Position numbers and translations under genes: made by a program. The notes under the pieces were generated by a model. That model did not search any database. It worked only from the letters and a program-made list of their open reading frames with translations, and was not told the DNA's origin. A DNA stretch of 40,000 nucleotides, taken from positions 1,405,437 to 1,445,436 of the forward strand of contig CAWFNV010000003.1 of NCBI GenBank assembly GCA_963817345.1, in the 5' to 3' direction. This stretch comes from an uncultured Solirubrobacterales bacterium. Its GTDB lineage: Bacteria; Actinomycetota; Thermoleophilia; Solirubrobacterales; Solirubrobacteraceae. Shown here piece after piece: positions 17,743 to 24,522 of this stretch; position 1 is the first letter of the stretch, and each line of letters starts with the position of its first letter.

Positions 17743-18871
17743 GTTGCGTCTGCCGGCACTTGAGGTTCGGCAAGGTGATCGGCGCCTGTATCAGTTCGCA
17801 TTGGACGGCAAGCAATTGGCCGATGTAACCACAGTGTCGCGGATCAATCGTAACGACGCTGGTCACATTGGCGGGTACCAGCGCCCCGAGGCCCTCAAGC
17901 ACGTCAAGGCTATACGCACCTACCTAGAGAGCCCAGCGGCCCTGATGGCAAATGCTCTAGTGGTTGCATTTGACACACGGGTCCGCTTTGAGCCCGCAGG
18001 CAGACGTTCCCCCAAGGCCTACTCAACGATCGGGACGCTGATCCTACCCGTGGTGCAAGGCGCGGCCGACGAGGACAAGCTGGGCTGGGTTGTAGATGGC
18101 CAGCAGCGGTCCGCTGCATTGCGTGACGCTGACCTTGATCGATTTCCCGTGCCAGTAGTTGCCTTCATCGCCGATGATCTCCGAGAGCAGCGAGCCCAGT
18201 TCATCCTCGTCAACAACACCAAGCCGTTGCCAAAGGGGCTGATTCACGAGCTGCTGCCGTCTACAGACGGCGAGTTGCCCGCCGCACTTGCGCGCAAGCG
18301 CTACCCGGCGAAGCTTCTGGAACTGCTCAACTATCTCCCCGGTTCACCGATGGAGCGCGCTATTCGCACTCCCACGATGCCGGAGGGGCGAATCAAGGAC
18401 AACTCAGTATTGAAGATGCTGGAGTGCTCGATCAGCGATGGTGCGCTCTACCGCTTTCGAGATCCCGAGACCGGAGAAGGCGACACGAGCAAGATGATCG
18501 AGACACTCTGCAACTTCTGGACCGCTGTCAGAGAAACGTGGCCAGACGCGTGGGATTTGTCGCCTCGCAAGTCGCGCCTCATACACGGCGTGGGCATCAG
18601 CGCGCTTGGCTTCATCATGGACGACATCACCGAACGGCGATCGAGACGACAGGCCGTCCCAAGCACCGAGACCTACAAGGAAGACCTACAGTACTTGGAT
18701 TCCGTCTGCGCCTGGACCGAGGGCTATTGGGACCTTGGCCTCGGGCAAAAGCGTCGATGGGATGGACTACAAAACACCCCCAAGGACATCGCTCTACTTG
18801 CCGACTTCTTGGTTCGCCACTACCGCGCTTGTGCGGATGGGGCGGAGCGTACCAAGCAAGAAGCTGCATAA
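17729..18871 (+). CDS. dpdB: DGQHR-domain ParB-like protein (DpdB-type), DGQQR variant
   Basis: ORF 17729..18871 (GTG start, 14-nt overlap with dpdA). It has YQRPEALKHVKAIRTYL, WVVDGQQRSAAL and VVAFIADDLREQRAQFILVNNTKPLPKGL, which is the DndB/DGQHR QxFxxxN block. Confidence 0.75.
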   Translation: MNASELRLPALEVRQGDRRLYQFALDGKQLADVTTVSRINRNDAGHIGGYQRPEALKHVKAIRTYLESPAALMANALVVAFDTRVRFEPAGRRSPKAYSTIGTLILPVVQGAADEDKLGWVVDGQQRSAALRDADLDRFPVPVVAFIADDLREQRAQFILVNNTKPLPKGLIHELLPSTDGELPAALARKRYPAKLLELLNYLPGSPMERAIRTPTMPEGRIKDNSVLKMLECSISDGALYRFRDPETGEGDTSKMIETLCNFWTAVRETWPDAWDLSPRKSRLIHGVGISALGFIMDDITERRSRRQAVPSTETYKEDLQYLDSVCAWTEGYWDLGLGQKRRWDGLQNTPKDIALLADFLVRHYRACADGAERTKQEAA

Positions 18872-18878
18872 CCGCTAC

Positions 18879-19109
18879 TTATGCATCTACATCCAGCGCG
18901 CTGAGAATATGATCGGCTTGGATCTCGAAGCTGGCACGTTCTACCAGTGGAGTACGACGCCACTGTTCGATCAGCACGGCGCGAAGCCACAGTTGATCGA
19001 GTCGTCGTCGCTCGCCTAGACTTCCACGTGCCTTCAAGAGATACTCGCTCAGCGACAGACCGTCCGTAGACGACATTCCAAATCTAATCGGCGGCGGGCA
19101 GCGACTCAT
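18879..19109 (-). CDS. Small hypothetical protein at the convergence point (weak call)
   Basis: ORF 18879..19109, 76 aa (an internal ATG gives MSSTDGLSLSEYLL...). Codon usage resembles the island genes. No family recognised. Confidence 0.3.
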   Translation of the reverse strand: MSRCPPPIRFGMSSTDGLSLSEYLLKARGSLGERRRLDQLWLRAVLIEQWRRTPLVERASFEIQADHILSALDVDA

Positions 19110-19147
19110 ATCTCAGTACTCTCGCCTGCAACGGAGAGGACGCCGTC

Positions 19148-20008
19148 CTATTCCACGTTCAGCCCAGCCTTTTGGACGAGGTAGTGGTACGCGGCATCGC
19201 GTGTCTGGCGCGTGCTGCTCAGGCTCCAACCGTTTGGTTTGCCGGTCTGGTCGAACTGCTGGATCAGGATCTTGCCATGCCAGTCCGGGTTGCCTTCGAC
19301 GAGGTTTCCATCCTCGTCGTAGTGGTCGCGCGCCATCAGCGTCACGGTGACGCTCTTACCCTCACGCCTGGTCTTTACGTTGCCTGCCAACTTGGCGAGT
19401 GCATCCTTCCACTCGTTCTCGGAGCGCCAGTCCGTGCCGCTCATCGCGTACTTCTGCCAGAGCTCAAACGCAAGCCTGAATATCGGGAAGTACATGATGT
19501 TGGACATCGCGAAGGATCTCTCGCGAAGCAACTGCCGTGACTTACCCGATGCGGTTGGCTTGAACTCGGGGTAGAGCGAGGCCCACTCGGTGTAGAAGTG
19601 TGAGAAGAAGTTGACCAAGTCGGCGTATTTGGCCTTGTCTTTCTGTACCTCGAGGAGCTGCTTCTGGAACGGCTTGATCGCAGAGTCTAGGGTCGCGAGC
19701 GTAGTGAGCTTTCGCGAAGCCTTTGCGATCGTCGACGCGCGGATCTCGATCTCCTCTCGGTCGAAGATCGGACATTGTTTGATCAACGCCATGACGAACT
19801 TCCTCGACGCCGTCTTGTTCGGGTGCATGTCGATCGCCGCACCCACAGTGGGCCGCTTGCCCTCGACGTTGTACTCGTCAAACAAGCGTCCCTCGAACAT
19901 CGGTGTGATGTTGAAAATCGTCACGAACATGCAGGCGTTTTCTTCATCGAAGGGGTCGAACTTAGCGAGCAGCTTCAGAAGCAAGAGCGCGTTGAACGGC
20001 CTGACCAT
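19148..20008 (-). CDS. C-terminal portion of a second DndB/DGQHR-like protein
   Basis: ORF 19148..20008. VTIFNITPMFEGRLFDEYNVEGKRPTVGAAIDM matches the DndB-type block (xxF...QxFxDxN...kPt) also seen in dpdB here. A long helical C-terminal region follows. Confidence 0.6.
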   Translation of the reverse strand: MVRPFNALLLLKLLAKFDPFDEENACMFVTIFNITPMFEGRLFDEYNVEGKRPTVGAAIDMHPNKTASRKFVMALIKQCPIFDREEIEIRASTIAKASRKLTTLATLDSAIKPFQKQLLEVQKDKAKYADLVNFFSHFYTEWASLYPEFKPTASGKSRQLLRERSFAMSNIMYFPIFRLAFELWQKYAMSGTDWRSENEWKDALAKLAGNVKTRREGKSVTVTLMARDHYDEDGNLVEGNPDWHGKILIQQFDQTGKPNGWSLSSTRQTRDAAYHYLVQKAGLNVE

Positions 20009-20507
20009 CGGGCGCGATCTCCACCTCGTCAGGGATCTTGGTCGTGTCGTCCTTCCACTCGTTGAGGAGGTAGTGCAGGTAGTGGCGGTGGGCGCTGTCG
20101 GGGATCGTGAGCGTGGAGTGCACAGTGAGCCTGCGCTTCGCAGCGTCGTAGGTGATCTCCTGTCTACCGTTCTTGCGAGCGTTCCAGGTGATGTCAGGGT
20201 TGAAGAACTCGTGGCTCTCTTCAGGGTCTTTGTTGGAGCTGTCGAGGCCTAGTAGGAACTTTGCCGCCATCGACGCAGCACGCTTGGGGTCGATGTCGAG
20301 TTCGACGTTCGTGACGTCCAGTAGCGTCTTCTCGTCGAACGGCTCCTTGGCACCACGCTGGTACTTTGGGGCGTACTTCAGGTTGCCGTCGATCAAGCCT
20401 TGGGCTAGATCACCGGAGGAGATCTTTCCCTTGTAGATCGGCCCGACGCCTGGCCGGCAGATGCGGTCAACGTCCTCGATAACAATGTTCTTGACAAACT
20501 TAGGCAT
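19962..20507 (-). CDS. N-terminal ParB-fold portion of the second DndB/DGQHR-like protein (DSAHR variant)
   Basis: Within ORF 19962..20621. ATG 20507 is preceded by aggaga. YKGKISSGDLAQGLIDGNLKYAPKYQRG...KRAASMAAKFL...LTIPDSAHRHYLHYL follows the DndB/ParB N-terminal domain layout. It overlaps the next ORF by 47 nt in a frame offset equivalent to +1 nt. Confidence 0.6.
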   Translation of the reverse strand: MPKFVKNIVIEDVDRICRPGVGPIYKGKISSGDLAQGLIDGNLKYAPKYQRGAKEPFDEKTLLDVTNVELDIDPKRAASMAAKFLLGLDSSNKDPEESHEFFNPDITWNARKNGRQEITYDAAKRRLTVHSTLTIPDSAHRHYLHYLLNEWKDDTTKIPDEVEIAPDGQAVQRALASEAAR

Positions 20508-20536
20508 GTGGTATCTCCTGGTGAATTGGTTGTCGG

Positions 20537-21001
20537 TTATCCGGCGATCCGGGCAAGCATCGGCGGACCAGACCGCCCCGTCGCGAGTTGATAGCGGCGC
20601 GACAGTTGCGCAAAGCCCCAAACGTCGATGCGCTGTTGGTGGCGACTGATACGGTTATGCGCTGCCGCGACACGCTCGGCGACGCGCCGCTCGATGACCT
20701 CAGCGGACAATCCCTCGCGAAGTGCCCCGCGCCGGATCTCCGCGTCGTTGATAATGAGTATGCCTAGAGCTGGGCTGATCTCGGCGAGCGTGTCGATGCT
20801 CCCTCGGAGGGCCTTTGGCCCCTCGCTGACCGCGACCTCAAGGGCGACCGCAGGGACCTCCGGCAGTGCGTACCCGTCACCGGGCAGCAGCCACACGCCG
20901 TCGGTGGGCAGCTCCCGTGACCACATCAGGCGTGTCCTGTAGCCGAGCGCCTTGCCGATCTCCAAGAACATGTATTGCGCGTCAGCGTGTCCGGGTCGCA
21001 C
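20537..21001 (-). CDS. Hypothetical protein with a restriction-endonuclease-like motif pattern
   Basis: ORF 20537..21001, 154 aa. HADAQYMFLEIGKALGYRT...TDGVWLL...PAVALEVAVSEGPKALRGSIDTLAEI resembles the small H..E..G / D.vW / aFEVe..t nuclease-like module I remember attached to R-M and defence proteins. This is not a firm family call. Confidence 0.35.
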   Translation of the reverse strand: MRPGHADAQYMFLEIGKALGYRTRLMWSRELPTDGVWLLPGDGYALPEVPAVALEVAVSEGPKALRGSIDTLAEISPALGILIINDAEIRRGALREGLSAEVIERRVAERVAAAHNRISRHQQRIDVWGFAQLSRRYQLATGRSGPPMLARIAG

Positions 21002-21261
21002 TTTGTAATCCTTCGGTCACAGTTTTGGCACATATCTACGAATATCCTGCGAAAGGCTAGCGTACTATCTGAGCGATTGCAACGAAGAGTCGTAGTAATT
21101 CGTCGTCTCTGTCCGAATGAGCCCCGCAATTTCCGGCCTTCTGCCCAGATGTGCGTCGAAGCGTTCCTGCGTGCTGCCCGGTTGCTGCACTGCCGACGAG
21201 GCTGGCATGTCCTTTCTAATTCGGGCTTGATTCTAGAAAGTCATGATGCTAGGCTGATGGC

Positions 21262-21699
21262 ATGGGTAAGCGTGACGCACAATCTGTGACGCTGGCGCTG
21301 ATCTCGCTGGACGACGCCCGTGATGCACTGGCTAGCGGCAGCCAGGACGCGGCGATACGCGCCATGGAGGAAGCTCACCAGACGCTCGAGGGGATCAGAC
21401 ATGCCGCTGGCGTACCGGTCGCGCGTGCCGCGCGACGGCTCGGCGTGTCTGTGCCAACCGTGCGCTCATGGATAGAGCGTGGCGCGCTGCGCGCGATCAA
21501 GGGCTCGAGCCCCGTGGAGATTCAACCGGAGAGTCTGCGAAGCGTGAGCCGGGCGCTAGACGAGCTGCGTGAGCGCGGCCAGGACCGCGAGTGGCTCCAG
21601 GCGCTCGTCGACTATCTCGATGACCGCGAGGCACGCCAAAGCCCCGCACTCAAAGAGGGCCTACAGCAGCTCAAGCGCGGGGAACTCGAACCGGCCTGA
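21262..21699 (+). CDS. Excisionase/MerR-type HTH protein, antitoxin-like
   Basis: ORF 21262..21699. The HTH is VPVARAARRLGVSVPTVRSWIERGALRAIKG. Its stop overlaps the next start (TGATG). Confidence 0.55.
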   Translation: MGKRDAQSVTLALISLDDARDALASGSQDAAIRAMEEAHQTLEGIRHAAGVPVARAARRLGVSVPTVRSWIERGALRAIKGSSPVEIQPESLRSVSRALDELRERGQDREWLQALVDYLDDREARQSPALKEGLQQLKRGELEPA

Positions 21700-22070
21700 T
21701 GGCCTTCGAAGTCCTCCGCACACCGCAGGTGCGCGACGCGGTGGCGCAGCAAATGAGCCGAACCGAGCGAGCCAGCTACGAGGCGGCCCGCGACGAGCTC
21801 GGCGGACGCGGATGCGTCGCCGGCGGCTACAAGCTCGCCGCGACCGACGGAGGTGACTATCCGCTGTGCGCCCGCCACCTCGCAAACGCGTGGCGCATGT
21901 ACACCGCATACCCAGATGACGCGCGCGTTGTGATCGTTGCCCTCGACCAGCTAGGCGGTGCGCTGCTTGGCGCGATCGCGCAAGGCCTAAAAGGAGTGTC
22001 TCACCAGGGCGCGCCGCCGCTGGCCTGCAGCTCATTGCTCGGCACGCGGAACATGTTGTCGGCTCGCTGA
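21699..22070 (+). CDS. RelE/ParE-like toxin candidate
   Basis: ORF 21699..22070. GGYKLAATDGGDYPLCARHLANAWRMYTAYPDDARVVIVALD follows the RelE/ParE pattern kl.g....r.r.g.yRi.Y...d..v.v.i. The C-terminal about 35 aa are uninformative. Confidence 0.4.
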   Translation: MAFEVLRTPQVRDAVAQQMSRTERASYEAARDELGGRGCVAGGYKLAATDGGDYPLCARHLANAWRMYTAYPDDARVVIVALDQLGGALLGAIAQGLKGVSHQGAPPLACSSLLGTRNMLSAR

Positions 22071-22147
22071 CGATGCTCAGCATGTAGATACATAAGAGCA
22101 CATAAAACGAAATTTGGAATACACAACCCCGAGGCCCAAACGACCTC

Positions 22148-22807
22148 TCACCCCTCCTCGCCTGCATAAAGCGACTCCTGCGCAAGCTCTCGGCCCTTGC
22201 CGTCGAACAACTTGATCTCGAGCAGGTCGTGGCGGTAGTCATCGGGTGCGATCAGCGTGAAGCGCTCCTCGATCAGCTCGCATTGGTCTACCGCGAGGTC
22301 GGCCAGCTCGGCGGTGACGATCCGCCCGCCGGAGACGAGTGGCCGCCCCCACACGAGCGTCATCGCCGCTGTAGCCCCTGACTCCCCGCGCCATGCGCCG
22401 ATGATCTCCTCGCACAGGTCGAGCTTCCAGTCGGGGTTGCGCTCGGCTGTCTCATCGGTGAAGTCGACGTATGCGGAGAGCTCGCTCGGCTCGCCCTCAT
22501 CGGTCCCCGACAAGAAGCGCACGTAGCCGAACAGCTCGTAGCCGTTGGCTGTGATCGTGGTCCCTGGGACGTACGTGTGTCCATGCCACGTGCGGTCCGG
22601 ATACCACCGAACCTCACTTGGCTCACCGAGATTCTCTCTGTCGCCATCAAGCACCAGACAGGCTGCGAGGAACTCTGCGGTCAGCCGCTCAGCCCAGCGG
22701 CCGTACGGCAGCCCCTCGTGCGGAGGCTCGGCGGCGAACCGGGGTAGGACACGTTCCTCGGGAGGCACGTTCGGCAGACTATGCCTTGCGCAGCCTGGCC
22801 GCGGCAT
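22148..22807 (-). CDS. Hypothetical protein
   Basis: ORF 22148..22807 with host-like G+C and good GC3. No family recognised. The start is uncertain because of the 29-nt overlap with the galT stop. Confidence 0.5.
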   Translation of the reverse strand: MPRPGCARHSLPNVPPEERVLPRFAAEPPHEGLPYGRWAERLTAEFLAACLVLDGDRENLGEPSEVRWYPDRTWHGHTYVPGTTITANGYELFGYVRFLSGTDEGEPSELSAYVDFTDETAERNPDWKLDLCEEIIGAWRGESGATAAMTLVWGRPLVSGGRIVTAELADLAVDQCELIEERFTLIAPDDYRHDLLEIKLFDGKGRELAQESLYAGEEG

Positions 22808-23795
22808 CCTCTGGGGCGACGATGTTCATGTTCAAGCCCGTCGAGAGCTCAAGCCCTGCGAGGTGGGTGAGCCGCGGCAGGATGTCGATGCGCCAGCAGA
22901 AGTGCTCTGCGCCTCGAGGCGCCGTGCGCACCCACAGGTTCAGTGGAGGGCTTGAGCCGAGCAGGTGTGCCAGCCGACACAGGCCGTCGTGCAGCAGCGC
23001 TGCGCCGACATCGTCCTGCTCGAAGCGCGCGCAGGGTATGCGCGGGGCGAGCATCAGCTGGAAGGGAAGCATTGAGGCGTAGGGCGCCAGCAGCACGGCC
23101 TGCTCATCGATCGCCACCACGCGTTCTCCGAGGCGTACCTCTTCAGCGACGAGATCCTCGAGCAGATCGTGACCCATCGTGCGGGTTGCATAGGCGCCAC
23201 AGCGCTCGCGCTCGCGCGCGACCGAGGCAGGCACGAAGTCGAGCGCATACAGCTGCGCGTGCGTGTGCGGCAGCGACGCTCCCGCCTCGCGGCGCTCGTT
23301 GACAATCAGCTGCAGATAGGCGCTGCCAGCATGCGCGCGCATGCGCTCGCGCCAGACCTCCACTGCGGCTATCGCCTGCGCGGTGTCCATATCGGCCAGG
23401 GATGTCACCGGGCTGGGTCCGTTGATGATGACCTCGTGCGCGCCAGTTGCGGGAATCGCTACAAACAGCTCCTGCGCGCCACCAGCACGCGGCGCGCGCA
23501 CGACTACCTGCGCGCTGTCATCCGTGCTCCCGTCTTCCGCGGCAGGAGTGAGTGCGGGGTACAGATTGGGCACCACTCGCACCGTCCAGCCCGGCGAGTT
23601 GGGCGGCCCTCCGCCTGGGCGCACGGCGTACAGCTCCGGCGGCGTGCGATCCTCGTGGCCCTCAGCGAACGGGTCCTGATTCCGGTCAATCGGCTCTGGA
23701 GGCGCGCAGGTCGGCTCTCCGCCGGGTCGGCGCGAGCGCTCGCCCGCCACTATCGTCTTGTGCCCGCTGAGCGGATCGATCCGGATCTCGGGCAA
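22779..23795 (-). CDS. galT: Galactose-1-phosphate uridylyltransferase (HIT superfamily)
   Basis: ORF 22779..23795. The N-terminus is IRIDPLSGHKTIVAGERSRRP and the histidine-triad-type active site is LPHTHAQLYAL. Confidence 0.75.
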   Translation of the reverse strand: MPEIRIDPLSGHKTIVAGERSRRPGGEPTCAPPEPIDRNQDPFAEGHEDRTPPELYAVRPGGGPPNSPGWTVRVVPNLYPALTPAAEDGSTDDSAQVVVRAPRAGGAQELFVAIPATGAHEVIINGPSPVTSLADMDTAQAIAAVEVWRERMRAHAGSAYLQLIVNERREAGASLPHTHAQLYALDFVPASVARERERCGAYATRTMGHDLLEDLVAEEVRLGERVVAIDEQAVLLAPYASMLPFQLMLAPRIPCARFEQDDVGAALLHDGLCRLAHLLGSSPPLNLWVRTAPRGAEHFCWRIDILPRLTHLAGLELSTGLNMNIVAPEDAAARLRKA

Positions 23796-23798
23796 GGC

Positions 23799-24401
23799 TC
23801 ACGCATCCAGCGCGTAGCGCCGGATGTCCCGTTCCAGCTTTGCGGCGCTCGGGTAGGGCCCCTGGTGGATGTACTCGTGGCCGGCGCGGTCGTAGAAGAT
23901 GGTGACCGGCGTAAAGCTCGAGTCGGTGATGGCTTCTCCGAGCTGTCCGCTCTGGTCGTAGTAGCTCGGGTAGCCGACGGGGAACGAGCGCAGGAATGCG
24001 CGTGCGTCGCTGAGGCTCGTATCACCGGAGTCGATGCCGACGAACGCGACCGTGCGCCCGAGCGTGGCGGACGCGCGCTGGAAGGCGCTGCGCTCGGTCT
24101 GACAGGGCACGCACCAGGAGGCCCACTTGTTGATCACGAGCGGATAGCCGTGCAGCGAGGCCAGACGCTGGTGCAGGGCACTCGCACCACCCGACAGGAT
24201 CTTGCTGGCCTGCGCGTGTAGCGCTGCCAGCGGCACCGGTGAGCCCTCGAGGCGTGCGCGGATCTGTGCGAGCGTGAGCTGCGAGCTGCCAGTCGACGGC
24301 GAGGATGAGCGCGCAAGCTGTACGAGGCCAACGACGAGCAGGACGATCATGGCGGTAGCGGCGACGCATGCGAGCAAGCGCGTGGAGGCGATCCCGGTCA
24401 T
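23799..24401 (-). CDS. Membrane-anchored TlpA/ResA-like thiol:disulfide oxidoreductase
   Basis: ORF 23799..24401. It has an N-terminal TM helix and the thioredoxin motif KWASWCVPCQTE (CxxC). Confidence 0.8.
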   Translation of the reverse strand: MTGIASTRLLACVAATAMIVLLVVGLVQLARSSSPSTGSSQLTLAQIRARLEGSPVPLAALHAQASKILSGGASALHQRLASLHGYPLVINKWASWCVPCQTERSAFQRASATLGRTVAFVGIDSGDTSLSDARAFLRSFPVGYPSYYDQSGQLGEAITDSSFTPVTIFYDRAGHEYIHQGPYPSAAKLERDIRRYALDA

Positions 24402-24522
24402 CGTTGCTAAGGGTGTCAGATGATGGGTCCTTCAATCAGACCGCGACGTGTTATATGATGCTCAAAGCATCTCAGAGCCCAGCTCTGAGTATCCGGCAAC
24501 CTAGCTGGCCAAAGCGTCGGCA

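Larger units (their letters stand above)
9982..22147. other. tRNA-Arg-adjacent accessory/defence region (composite; no integrase or transposase seen)
   Basis: It starts at the tRNA 3' end and ends in an AT-rich tract (22071-22147) before host-like genes resume. Contents are TA-like pairs, a gene remnant and the deazaguanine block. G+C is visibly lower in 12.9-21.3 kb; single 60-nt lines I counted gave about 57% at 13381 and about 78% at 29041. Confidence 0.55.

Noticed and set aside
21065-21208. A 47-codon minus-strand ORF not in the track (MPASSAVQQPGSTQERFDAHLGRRPEIAGLIRTETTNYYDSSLQSLR). It lies in the divergent region upstream of the nuclease-like gene.
   Set aside because: It has no recognisable motif or SD and sits 63 nt from the next gene. 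It could be a leader peptide or small regulator, but the evidence is insufficient to annotate it.
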